A stretch of DNA of 64,000 nt from Guillardia theta CCMP2712 (Eukaryota > Protista > Cryptophyta). Of the stretch, positions 52,353 through 64,000 are shown piece by piece. Position 1 is the stretch's first letter; every line of letters begins with the position of its first letter. The notes under the pieces were generated by a model. That model was not told the origin of the DNA and did not search any database. It was given only the letters and a program-made list of their open reading frames with translations. The position numbers and the translations under genes were made by a program. Where the stretch lies: positions 11,480 to 75,479 of the forward strand of contig NW_005434465.1 of assembly GCF_000315625.1 (NCBI RefSeq), written 5' to 3'.

Positions 52353-54238
52353 TCAGTCAAAAAGGTCCCTTTGGACAGTACTCGCGGCGCTACATTCCGA
52401 CTCTTGACTCGAAGTGGGAGATGCGCTAGTATTCGATCCACACTGACGCCCAGCCGCATACTGTAACGCCTCCGGACTGTTTTCTGGACTCATCGCGGCA
52501 CCTTGGACAGGATTACCGCAAGACAGAATCTCAGGGCCATCAGGTCCCATGACATATTGCTCTTTCGGGTCGTATTCTTCGCCAAACGCGTTTCGCAAGC
52601 ATTGTGAACAATCGAATGCCATCCCTTCCTCCAGGCCGCCGTAACAAGACATAAGCAGCAGACTTGATTTCCCATTTGGCAAATCTCCGTAAAAATAATT
52701 CGTCATTGCGTTCATGGATCGGAGCGAAAGAAGAAGAGGGTGTGGTGCCGTGTGAAGCTCTATATGTTGCTCTTCCTGACTGTCTCCTTTGAACGTGATC
52801 ACGCGAAAACATGGCAGTGCCGCCGCCACTGGCTGCCCAGTTTCAGACTTAAGTCCCTCGAAAGCCTTGACTTTCTTCTCCTTTGTCAACTTATCCCTGA
52901 GCTTATCGCACCCTGAGACTTTTTTGGAAAGGAAACGCCTGGAGTCTTGGTTCCAGAATCTGTTTTCTTGCAGCAGCGTTTCCAGACTTTTGGGAGCTTC
53001 GCACTGAATCAAACAAACGTCCTTGTAAAGAATTTGAATGTGCTGTAGGGCCTGATGTAGCACCTCCCTGTCATCTAGAACATGTCATTGGTACGGTCAA
53101 CACATTCAATGCTACAGTACCTTGATACAAGGTGGGAAGCAAATACTTCTGCTTCATCGGACGGCAGATTTCCTTGACGAGAGACTCTTCGTCCAAATGA
53201 TGTTGTTCGTACTCTGAGTTCTTCAGAACAGCTTCAGTATCAAGTTGAAAGAAAGTTTCTTTGTAGACGTTTTTGTCAACACCGATCAAAATCGCTTTGT
53301 ACCCTTCGCCTTTCCACTCGAATTGCTGCTGAGGAGATAGGAGTGGAAGCAACATCAGAGCTGCTTTGCTGTCCAAATGTTCGCGTTGGCCACCAAGGAA
53401 GATAAAGTTGAAAGGAAGGTCCGCAATGCCTGGTATGTGGTTGTTGTCCTCATCATAACACCCAAACAAAACCTTCTTAGCGACGTCATCCGACCGCAAG
53501 CCCTCTGGAAGAGCATTCTGCACAATAATCCCCCAGTCGATTCGACATGCAGCACTGTTTGGGACCAAGTGCGATCGCTCTACCAAGCCTGAGTTAACTT
53601 TACAGCCCTCCAGGTCAAAAGCTTTCTCCCTGTCATGTCCCTTCTTGCAATCTTTATCGGCGGGTAAGTTCTGCGCGGCCTGAAGAAAAGCCAGACAAAC
53701 GTTTTGCCGAAATACTGCAGGAGCCTTTGGAAGCTGGAGAAAGGTAGAGCAAAGGTCGTCAAAGTAACCAAATCGTAGATTGCACGCTATTTGTTTCGTG
53801 AGCTCAGATACGTTTAAGGCTCGAGTCTTCTCGTCGTACTCTTCTCTGAAGGCTCGAATCTTGTCGTCGTACTCTTGTTTCTCGCGCCTTAAAGTAGTGT
53901 TATCTTGCTCTAAAGCTCGAATCTTGTCGTCGTACTCTTCTCTCAAGGCTCGAATCTTGTCGTCGTACTCTTCTCTTAAGGCTCGAATCTTGTCGTCGTA
54001 CTCAGGCTCGAATCTTCTCGTCGTACTCTTCTTTTAAGGCTCGAATCTTCTCGTCGTACTCTTCTCTCAAGGCTCGAATCTTGTCGTCGTACTCTTGTTT
54101 CTCGCGCCTTAAAGTAGTGTTATCTTGCTCTAAAGCTCGAGTCTTGTCGTCCAAGGCTTGAAACCTCTTGTCGTTATCTAGCCTCAGAGCTTCCAGCTGT
54201 CTGCCTAGAGCCTCCAGCGCTCCCTCCGACGCTGCCAT
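52353..54238 (-). pseudogene. Crinkler-like HNH(-2)-type nuclease with 11-aa-repeat coiled-coil header; frameshift at ~54003, intron 53075-53120
   Basis: ATG 54238 MAASEGALEAL; REEYDDKIRAL repeats; C-x-VERSHLVP, FNFIFL..HLD, C-terminal PHPLLL; an 8-nt deletion in one repeat unit breaks the frame. Confidence 0.6.
53815..54165 (-). repeat. 33-nt VNTR (REEYDDKIRAL) with a higher-order duplication (ALEQDNTTLRREKQEY x2)
   Basis: aaggctcgaatcttgtcgtcgtactcttctct repeats. Confidence 0.9.
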
Positions 54239-54519
54239 GAGCAAGTTTGTGGACCAGGATGCTGCCAGGGGTACCTCATCAGAGATTTGGGGGTAGGGGG
54301 TAGAAAAAAGGCGGGAAAATATCCGTTGACTCCTCATAACGGAAGCTTTGCTGCCGCCGGTAGCCTTTCTTTTAAGTTAAAAATCACAGGACAATCGGTA
54401 ATGTTCAGAGCAGGGCATGCAGTTGAAGGAAGCGATATATTTCTTGTACTTTCCGGCAGCGCACGGGACGCATCCATTGGAACCATCGAAGTTGGTGTAG
54501 CCAGCTACGCACTGGCAGT

Positions 54520-55060
54520 CTAAGAGCCAGCAGCGGAAGCGGTGAAGGCGGGACAGCGATTGCAGGCCTTGTCCAAAGCGTATGCTTCAGAATAGGACAG
54601 GGAGCGCAGACGTCGCCAAGGTTGCTCTTGATCGTTGCAGGCCCACAGGTACGCGGATTGCCAGGCCCGAGAAGTCTGCGTCCATCTTATCGGGCTGACC
54701 AGCATCGTAGATATACGTCTTTGTAGTATCCAACAGGGCAAAGGCAAAGCTCCAGATCCGTCACACCTTCAAAGGAATGCAGGCCGGCAGGGCAGAGCAG
54801 GGGAGATGCGCTGTAGCACGTCCGACGGGGCATTTCTGGCAGCTTCCGGCGCCCCTTTCGGACTTGTAAGTGTTAAAAGGGCAGGGAGCGTAGCCGTTGG
54901 TCGTCAGAAGGTAATCCGGGCAAGGCACGCATGTTCCATTGGCCGCCGCGCGCCGTACTGTAGAATCCAGAGCCGCAGACGCAGTCGCTGAACGAAGTGC
55001 TGCCGGAATAGTAGGTGGAATACGGCGCTGGGCAGGATTCACAGCCGTAATTTCCGATCA
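54520..55060 (-). pseudogene. Cys-rich ephrin-receptor-like (GCC2/GCC3-type) repeat fragment, frameshifted
   Basis: CESCPAPYSTYYSGSTSFSDCVCGSGFY and CPFNTYKSERGAGSCQKCP in different frames. Confidence 0.6.
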
Positions 55061-56081
55061 CGCTCTCGCTCGATGGGAGGCTGCAGCAAGGGGAGGAGAA
55101 CGCTTCCAACGCTTCCCGTGAAACCGTTTGGGATGCTTCTTGCATGCTCTGACGCCCATTCAGATGTCTTGAGCCAGTGGGATTACGGGGAGGTTCAATG
55201 TAGGAATTCAAGCCTAGACGGGAGACTGACGGGAGAGCAAGCTAGTACGAGGCGAGCGGAGACTCTGTGGAGGACAGAGGCGGGAAGTAGCTCGTAGGTT
55301 GTAAAACTTCAAGGTTGCCTTCCCTCTTCTTTCCTGGCGTGTCAAGTTGTCACATTCACCGTACGGTATTATTGCGGACCTGGCTGGTACGGTGATCACA
55401 GTCATGGAGTGAAAAGACATACCGTGATCTGATCGGACTCGGAGGGTTTGCTTCGCCGAGGCCGTTGACTCGTCACAGGCCGTCGGGCTCGGTTGTCATG
55501 ATTCTGCCTGCCGCGTGCGTTCACAGGTAGCTGACGGACGATGGAACGAATGAGACTTGTGTTGAAGTTCAGGATCATTGAGTTTACTCGTTTACATTCA
55601 GGTTATCTACATATGATAAATGCCGTGACTTAATACAATTCCTTTCTCAAATCTCAAAGTCTAGAACCAAGTCGCTCCAGAGGGAAAGACGAAAGGAGGA
55701 AAATGATGCTGTAGACGAGAATGTGTGTCAGAGAAGAGCATGAATGCAAAGAAGCAAGAGAGAAGGTTCCTTGTCTGCTGGCAAGGTACGAGTTGAGGCT
55801 GGGCCCAAGCCATGTGAAAGAGTGTGATGCGAGGAGACTATGATGAGAAGAATGTTGCAGTCAGTCTTGCAGTGCACAAGTTGGTGAAGAATGAAGAACG
55901 CTGCAGTCAGTCTTGCAGTGCAGAAGTTGGTGAAGCCGCCAAGGAGCATGAACTAGGATTCACAGAGCAGTCTTAGTGGGATCCTTCGCTGTCTTGTGCT
56001 AGTGACTGCATCCTGGGGATTTCTGACGGCACTGTCACGACCTCTCGGAGGCTTCAGAGCCTGACCTTGCTCCTGCTACAG

Positions 56082-56252
56082 GTCTTCCCTCGACCCTTCG
56101 AGCCCGTCCTAGGGGAGTACAAGAGCTTCGACGCGAGCGTCATGAAGTTGCACCACCAGTGGGCTCGAGCAGCATGCATCGATTTCTTCGCAGTCTCCTG
56201 GGGAGGGGACGGGACGCGGGCGCCAAACAAGCAGGGGAGTGTGGATGGGCAA
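56082..56252 (+). pseudogene. Isolated exon resembling glycoside hydrolase GH99/GH71 N-terminal segment
   Basis: PVLGEYKSFDASVMKLHHQWARAACIDFFAVSWGG, bounded by cag| and |gtaagc; no continuation found. Confidence 0.55.
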
Positions 56253-56283
56253 TGTAAGCTAGTGGACAGCGAGGGCAAGCAGG

Positions 56284-56532
56284 AAGAGAAGAGAAGAGAA
56301 GAGAAGAGAAGAGAAGAGATGAGATGAGATGAGATGAGATGAGAAGAGGAGAGAAGAGAAGAGAAGAGATGAGATGACAAGAGAAGAGATGAGATCAGAA
56401 GAGATGAGAAGAGAAGAGATGAGATGAGATGAGAAGAGAAGAGAAGAGATGAGATGAGATGAGATGAGATGAGATGAGATGAGATGAGAAGAGGAGAGAA
56501 GAGAAGAGATGAGAAGAGAAGAGATGAGAAGA
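56284..56532. repeat. (GAGAA/GAGAT)n pentamer satellite
   Basis: Same satellite, including the gagatgacaagagaagagatgagatcagaag variant, as at 50260-50725 and 51540-52010. Confidence 0.9.
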
Positions 56533-57193
56533 TTTGTCAGGGACAGCTTGACACTCCAGCCCGCCTCAGGCAACGAGGTTTAGTTTAGCTCGTGATGGTT
56601 TAGGTTTTGGATTTAGTTCAGCTCAAGAGTTTAGTTATAGAAATGTCCATGGAGCCCGCAATCGAGAACCATCGTAGGGTGGTGGTTATGAACATAGTGG
56701 TAGGGGGTAGTCATCTATTTCTGAGATACCCGCAGAGTCTCTGTGAAGTATAAGTCTTCTCAAATTGAAATTGATAAGGTATCTACCCTCCTCCTTACAC
56801 GATGATGTTGAAACGAGAAATATGGGTAGGGGTAGTCCTTTTGCTGGGGACCATCGATAAGATGAGGTGTCCCGGCATGGCAACAAAGGACCATGGCAAA
56901 AGGGCGAGTAAGGGAGGAGGACGATAATGGCGATGAGGCTGACAATGCTGAGATACGAGGAAAGATGCAGTGCAGTGAAGAGCGGCGCCGAAACGAAAGC
57001 GATGATAGTCGTGAGGGGAGGAAGGGGAGGAAGGGGAGGAAGGGTTGCAAGCAAGGCATGGTTGATAGTCCGCACTAGGCTGAGTGAGAGAGATGTGAGC
57101 TTCACGGAACGCGCACGTCTAGTGCCAAGAATGGAATGGAGATGTAGGGTCATGTGATTCTTCCAAAGCCCTGACATCTTTGATTTGGCCAGC

Positions 57194-60100
57194 ATGACGC
57201 TATTCAAGCGAACCGAAGCCAACATGGAAGAGCTGGAGGCCCAGATGTCAGCAATTGAAAACGAGGGCGACGTGACATGTGCCAAGGACAAGCTGTACAA
57301 CCTCACATCTATGTGAGCCTCCTTTGTCTCCTTGCTCCTTCTCTCCTCATCTCTTGACTGATTCTTCAGGGTTGACGAGATGGGATCCAACGTGGTCAAG
57401 CTGCGCAAGGCTGCTCAAGAGAGCGACCCTGTGAGACATGTTGTGTTGCTTCGGTGTTGCTAGACTAAACTCCATCATGCCTACTGAAGACGAAGCGCAC
57501 CTACGGCGAGCAGATGGCCATCAAAGTTCTAGCGCTTTGCGATCGGTTTGATTCTCTCCAACCTAGGTTCAACTCTATTGCAGAAAAGATCAGCAGTGGT
57601 TGATGCCGACTCCGCCCATTTCGTCTTAATCTAACTTTCATGACAGATTTCGAAGCGCACATGAAGAAAGTCAGAGCCCAGGAGGCAGAGAATGCTGCCA
57701 AAGCTGCCCGAGAGGTGACGAGTTACTAGCGCCGATTCATCCACTGACATTTTATCTTGTTCCTGGTGTGCAGGCAGCGGAAGCTGAACGGTTGAGACAG
57801 CAAGCACAAGAGCAAAAGCAACAACATCAGGTTTGATTCTGTTCATCTGCAAGTTTTTACGCTGATGCTGAAAATGATCAGAACGAAGTAGTGATGAAGG
57901 AATCAGAAGGTACACGCCAAAGTCTCAGCATCCTTGCACTGACTCATGGAAGCCGTTGCCTCTCCTCCGGTAGCTGAGCAGAGAATGTCGGACATTGTTC
58001 AACAGCCAATTCCAGCACAAGCTTCTGCCCCCAAAGTCACCCAGGTGATAACCTAATTCAAGTCCAGGCCGGTAAAGTTTTGACCGTCCAGCAGGCTGTA
58101 CCGTCAACTCCATCCCAGGCGATAGCGCCCATGGAGGAGACCATGGTACAGTATCTTACATGAGCGTTCTGCGGCTCACTTTCGCTCTTACAGCCGCCAA
58201 ACACTTCTCCGGTTGTCCCTCCGAACCCCGATGTCAAAATGTCCACCGAAGAATTCGAGATTAATATCAAGTCAAACGTGTCCGGTATGTATAGAAATTC
58301 AACCCATCTCTGAACAGATGTCCTAGTGCTCACTATGATCCCTAGGAGAAGGAAATGGGAAGCTAACCGTTCCATCTGCAGAGATTACAGTGAGCAGCAA
58401 TTCTGATCCTTCTGGCCACACTCTTGCTCATCTTGACTTGTTGTTTGGTCCTTCTTTGTATCTGCTAACGATCCTTCCTTCAGGTACAAGATCTGAAGCA
58501 GCGGATAGAGAACATGTTCGGCCATGCGGCAGGTGAGAGGAAGAGATCCGCTCTTGCGCTATTGATTCTGTTGTCAGCTGCTCAAAGACTCATATTCAGT
58601 GGCAAAGTTCTTGACAACGCCAAGCGACTGTCTGACTACAATGTAGATTCTTGTGTTGGTTGCAGATCGATATCACTGACCGATGCCTACAGATCAAAGG
58701 AAACTGCAGTCTCCATCTTGTCGTATCTCAGGTACCGTGGCATTTATATTAAGTGAAGCTGAGTCGTCTGTTCTATTCTTGCTTTTTCCTTTTCTGTTCA
58801 GGCCATCGCGACAGCAGCAAAATCGCCCACCACTGCAGCAGCTGGCAAAGATACTTCACTCGCATCATTGTGCGGGAAAGTGAATCACCTGCTGAGAGGA
58901 GCCACTGAAATGCGGCAGCTCCTGAATCAGGTCCATCCCAGTGCCCTCCCTTGCCCACCTGACCAAGGTTGCGGCAGGCTGGGGACATGCTTGTCGTTGT
59001 GGATTGGATGGCACCATGGTATGCCATCTGGTGTTGTGAGAGCCGCTCAGACGAGATGACAAGTTCACAGGTGTGGTCCTTGTAGAGCCATCGCCCCGAA
59101 GTTCGAGGCGCTGTCGTACAAGCATCAGGACGTCGTCTTTGTCAAGGTGTGTGCAAGTTGGTCCGCCGGTCACTCTTACTGTTTGACAACCTCAGGTGGA
59201 TACGGAGGCATCTGGAGAGAACAAAGCCCTGGCCATGGAGGCAGGTGTGGAAGCAGGACCGCAGGCTCCACTTTCTCTCATGCGCACCTACAGGGATTGC
59301 AGCGTTTCCGACTTTCCACTTCTACGTGAATGCACAGGTGGCACCACTCTCCCTCTTTCTTGTTCAGTTTTGTCTCTCGACCGATATCCTTGACTTGTGT
59401 TCTAAATTTTATTTCAGCGAACGTACGAGTTTGTGGGGGCCGATGTTGTTGCTTTGGAGAGGGCCATAAATGAGCGCAAACCGAAGACATCGAGCAATGC
59501 ACCTCGCCCTGAAGCTATTTCTGCAGGTATGGCTTCCTGTTGTCTTTCTCTACTTACCGTCTTCTAGATGGGGCCAAGGCGAGCAAGACGGAATCACTGA
59601 CACAAGATGTGATCCCTCCACGGTTGCAAGTCTTGGTCTGATTCTATTTCTAGGTGAAAGCAGCCCTCTGGATCCTGAAGAGATCTTGTGGATCAGACTC
59701 TGATTTTGTTTCTGCTACAAAGGTGAGGGCGAAAGAAGTTTTGCCAGCTCTGAAGGTTTCCCGTAGACGCTCTTGACCTTCATCAGCAACTGTGTCAACC
59801 ATCCCAATGAACCGAAATATCGCAAAATCCGTGAGAAATCTTTGCCGTTGGAGTTCAACCGATGACATGTTGAAAGGCAAGGGCAACACGACCTTTCAAG
59901 CGCGTCTAGGGAACAAGCATGGAGGAGTAGAAGCGCTTGTAGCCTTCGGTTTCAAAGAGGTCGACGAGCCGTGACATTCCCTTTGTGACTTGAACTTAAG
60001 GTCGCTGAGGGGATGCCGCCTGAAGATTACCTGGTGTTGGAAGAGGTCGACGCTGCGGCGATCCCCTAGTGTCGTAAGCTGAGATGCATGAAGGTCACTC

Positions 60101-61138
60101 CCGAAATGGTTCAAGTGCGCGACCTCTTGGAGAAGGCAGTTCCCGGTATGCTGCCCCTCTCCTGGTGCCCTTTCCTGACTGCGTGAATGCCAGGTGGAGC
60201 CGCTGCTGCTTCTGCCACTCCCGAGAGTTTGCAGTCAAGCACGTCAGGTCAATCTGCTTCACCCTTTGCTGGTTATTGTGCTACCTGTGCTCAATAGCAT
60301 CTTGTGACGGTAGAGTCCGCCAGGCCTCGGAGGGATGGGAGGCCTCGGAGGGATGGGAGGGATGGGAGCAGCTGGCTTCAATCCGAATCGTATGGAGCAG
60401 GCCATGAGGATGATGCAGAATCCAGCCATCCGAAACATGACTACAACGATGCTTTCCAATCCAAGGATGATGCAGGTACAACGTGAGGGTGGGATAACTG
60501 CTGCTGAGTTGCCTCCTCTTTCAGATCATGCAAGAGGCCATGCAAAGCGGCAACCCTCATGCTCTTCTGTTCAACCCTGAGTTCCAGTCGGTCATGCAGC
60601 AGGTCCGATGCTCCACTGATGCCAGCGCTTGACAGTCGAACCAGATGATGCAGGACCCGGAGATGATCCGGGCGATGCAAGACCCGGAGACTATGAGTCA
60701 GATGATGTCGATGATGGGCTCCGCGGGAGGTGGTCAGGGGCTTGAGGGCCTTGGAGGTGCTTTCTGACCCACAAGCTTGCTCGCCTCTCATCCGCTTGGC
60801 AGGTCTCGGGGGCCTCGGCGGACTCGGAGGCTTCGGAGGGCTGGGAGGGCTGGGAGGACACGCCACTCAACCCACCCAGCCTGCGCCCTCAACCAGCAGC
60901 ACCCCAGCAGCTCCATCGGCTGCCCCCTCTGCTGCTCCTACCACACCTGCCCCAGCTGCCCCTCAGGGCTCACAACCCTCTCAAGGTCTTGTCTGTCGGA
61001 GGCCCGAGGTGACTGTTGACTTACGAGGCAGGCGGGGATACTGCCATGGGCGAGAATGATGAGAGCGAGGAGGCCATGCTGGCCGAGGCTCTCCGCCTGT
61101 CGATGGAGGAAGGGAACTCTAACAAGCCCTCGGAGTAG
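57194..61138 (+). CDS. Multidomain ubiquitin-system protein: helical/coiled-coil N-terminus - UBL - thioredoxin (WCGPC) - PUB - Gly-rich - STI1-like - UIM
   Basis: UBL: TVQDLKQRIE..QRLIFSGKVLDNAKRLSDY; Trx: VVVDWMAPW|CGPCRAIAPKF..FVKVD..FPTFHFY; PUB: FISNCVNHPNEPKYRKIRKGNTTFQARL..GFKE; STI1: MMQNPAIRNM..NPRMMQ, MMQDPEMI; UIM: ESEEAMLAEALRLSMEE; junctions checked by eye are in phase. Confidence 0.85.
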
Positions 61139-61365
61139 CTGTCGGGCCTCGGGGGCTTATTGGTCTCCATATTCTTTATTCTGCCTGTAGAGTATCTCCT
61201 TGGAATCACATCGATAGACTTGCACTTGCAACTGCAGACTAGACGGCGAGCCTGCTCGGGTGACGTCTGCAACATCACCATGTACAAACTGCGGGGGTTG
61301 GAGTGTTTCGCGTTACAAGCAAGTGAAATGAAGGAAGAAAGTTAGACGAGACCATGGTAGTCCCC

Positions 61366-62116
61366 TCACTGCTCAGAGCTCTCTTTCAGCTTTCGGTCGA
61401 TTGCCTGCACGTCGACCTTGGGGTAACTTCCTGACAGTGTCCTAGCACTGAAGCCAGCAGACGGTCTCCTATGAATGTCTTGCTGGATGTCGCCGAACCC
61501 TGACTTGAGAGCGTTCTGGAAGCTCTTGAACAATGGCATCTCGCTCAACGTCGTTTGCATCCACTCCTTTGTGCTTGTGATGAAGCGACCGAAGGAGCCC
61601 TGCTGGAGCTCATCCTTGTAGCTCGGCGTGATCTCCTTCATCCTCTCCGAGTACTCATGACCGTCCTTCACCTTGAGCGTGTGCTTGGTGTACAACCAAC
61701 CTAGGTAAGCTGCTCCTACACAGAGGGCAGTCCCTCCGAGGAAGGCGCCGACGATGTACTTGGTTCCTTCCCGCTGCTGCGCGAGCTTCCGAGCAAACCT
61801 GATTTCCTCGCTCTTGGTCAGGTTCTGGATCTCGCTGGGTTCGGTCTGCATGTCCTCCATGAACTGATTGAGGAAGACGTAGCGACCTCGGGAGAGGTTG
61901 TGATACCCAACAGCAGCCTCCTGCTCGCCAGCATCCCCGTCAGCAATAGTCGAGAGCAAGAGAGCGGCTTGCCTTGACTGCGTTAGCTTGAGACCTGTAC
62001 TTGCTGGAGATCTGCTTCTCGATTCTGTCTAGGTCTGCCAGTATCTTCTCATGGCTGCTTGTGATAGGTTCCTGCTCTGGCAGGGGCTTCTTGTTCTTGT
62101 CGTGGGTTGACGCCAT
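61366..62116 (-). CDS. Single-TM protein, possibly TMEM242/Aim11-like (mitochondrial), two exons
   Basis: GAFLGGTALCVGAAYLGWLY followed by LKVKDGHEYSERM; ATG 62116; family assignment weak. Confidence 0.6.
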
Positions 62117-62559
62117 GATGTGTAATACGTACTATCTTGTTCTTTGCATGTGAATGTCCGTCCTCATCAACTGCCGCAAGATTGTCAGAGCAGGGGCTTG
62201 CAGGCATCATTCAATGAAAGCTCGTGCTGATCCTTCACTCCTCGTCCTGGCACCAGCCACCTCCCTCCTCTCATCACGAGATCCTGTTCAACCATAAACA
62301 CCAAGTTCCGTGATGACATCAAGATGACATGACCTTGCTATCACCTCCCTATTCAGCACCTGCGCACTTTGTCCCCAGCAAACCACTCCATGTCATCTAC
62401 CTCCGGGGTTACTTGTTGTCTACCTTCAAGTATACATCAGGTTGCTTCTTCTTTTCACTCTGGTCCCTCCTCGTCTCCTCCTCCCCTCCCTCGCCCCCTT
62501 CCCCTCTCGCTCTCTTCCTCCCGTTCCATCTTGCAGGGAGAGCTAGCATTGAAGGGGAC

Positions 62560-63480
62560 GTAGTGCACAAGGAGGTAGGGGTAGTGATGGTGTTAAGGGA
62601 GGGTAGGGTGAAAAAGGAAAACATAGTATAATACCCCTCTTTTATAGAGTGAAAAATGGGGTAGTATGGTGGATATTCAAGTTTAGCTGAGGGGGTAGGG
62701 GTGCTTTTAGCCCCTTTTCATACAGTGGGTGGTCGGATCCGAGAAGTTGAGTAAACATGAATACGGTCATCCATCATTCGGGTACTACCAACCCCGATTG
62801 CCGGGGCCCGGAGGGAACTCGAATGAATGAGTAACCAAAAGATCTGATGACCCCTACCCCCTGTTCATAGACATTTAGATATGAAAAGCAGGGGTACTGG
62901 GAAGAAAATCTCGCATCCTTTGTTTGCGGACCACCTCCCTCACAGACCACTACCGGTGGTGTGATCAAGGCCTTTCAATTGTACCCCACCCTACACCTCG
63001 ACTTAAAAATATCTGAATAGTTAGGGGTCACCAATAAACCAACATCCACCCCCACCCCCTAGATACCACCATGGACTCACCCCAGCGCCTTTTCAGGTTC
63101 CAGCTGCAACATGCGTGTAACTAAAACACTTATAGTATAAAATGATAAAAATGGTTTTATGACATTATATACTTCTACTGCAATACAGTAATAATATCTT
63201 GTGGTCACTTTTGAGGGTTGAGGGGGGGGTGCTAGCTGTAGTAGTAAAATAATGAGCTGCTAGACACCATCACCCGTCCTTTTCCAGTCATTTCGAGGGT
63301 GGTGGGTATTTTTCAGGATCCCCCCTTTGTTTGTTTATAACAAGAGTGATCCGGTGGGGTAGGTGGTCAAACTACGAACCCTCTCTTTTACTATGGTTTT
63401 ATAGGGGTGATCAAGGTTGTGGGGTCTCTATATAGTAGTTTTTCCTTATACTGTGGGGTGGGTGAGTAGCCTTATCTTTA
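62560..63480. other. GGGTA/CCCACCC-rich non-coding tract
   Basis: Same vocabulary as 38830-40260, mixed orientation. Confidence 0.55.
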
Positions 63481-64000
63481 ATAAATATTTTAAATGATTT
63501 GAATCGAAACGTTTCGTCCTTAATTTTTATTTTTGCTCGAGCACTCAAGATGTGGGCTAATCAACTCAAATATGTTTTAGAGTCAGATACTACCAGTGTC
63601 TGCCATACAATAATTGTATATAGAGCTCGACTCGACTCATACGTGTACACAACTCAAGAAACTACATTATTAAAATGTTATAAAACAGTACCTGTATGAA
63701 CGAGCAACAACTCTCCGTAGAATGCACAAAAAATGTTTTACACGCAAAAAATAGTTTTAAGAACATATGGGGCTATCCCACGTGCAGCACGCGCAATGGC
63801 TGTAGGCGGGAGAGGAGAAGGGTGAGAGATGGGGGGGCAGGAGAGAGGCAGGGGGAAGGAGCGAGTACTGAGAGATGGGGGGGCAGGAGAGAGGCAGGGG
63901 GAAGGAGCGAATACTGACGAGTACTAGGAGTGTGAGGAGGAGGAATTGAGCAGTCAGTTCATCATAAGATGGCATGCAGCACGAGAGATGGGGAGGGAGG

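Noticed and set aside
52353-53946. Second frameshift between ORFs 53071-53946 and 52353-53063
   Set aside because: Explained by a canonical 46-nt GT-AG intron (53075-53120) that restores the frame
55856-55935. Short direct repeat (tgcagtcagtcttgcagtgca..) x2; similar duplicate at 63820-63915
   Set aside because: Simple local duplications with no further structure

Overview
Gene-dense, intron-rich eukaryotic nuclear DNA with very short (~40-55 nt) spliceosomal introns, GA/GAT microsatellites and four N-gaps. The style suggests an alga or protist, possibly a cryptophyte (inference only). Recognisable genes: V-ATPase subunit a, Nbp35, a large polycystin/TRPP-like channel (Cys-rich + CUB + EF-hand-like + C2), an ICME-like alpha/beta hydrolase, an EML/EMAP WD40 protein, an alpha-carbonic anhydrase, a CaMK-family kinase, an ABCG half-transporter, a PDZ/coiled-coil protein, and a single spliced gene reading coiled-coil-UBL-thioredoxin(WCGPC)-PUB-STI1-UIM. 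Accessory content: two Crinkler/RHS-like nuclease genes (P-loop NTPase+REase; HNH-like), each with a tandem-repeat coiled-coil header and one inactivating lesion; Ty3/Gypsy integrase and chromodomain remnants; two CRE-like non-LTR relics; a scrambled nest of about 13 near-identical element termini that has captured 53 nt of initiator tRNA-Met; a PIF/Harbinger MITE; a 1.25-kb tandem duplication; and a recurring, gene-oriented bipartite non-coding module (CG-rich palindromic word mosaic, then a GGGTA-rich tract) upstream of three genes. Exon boundaries were read by eye and are approximate unless stated.
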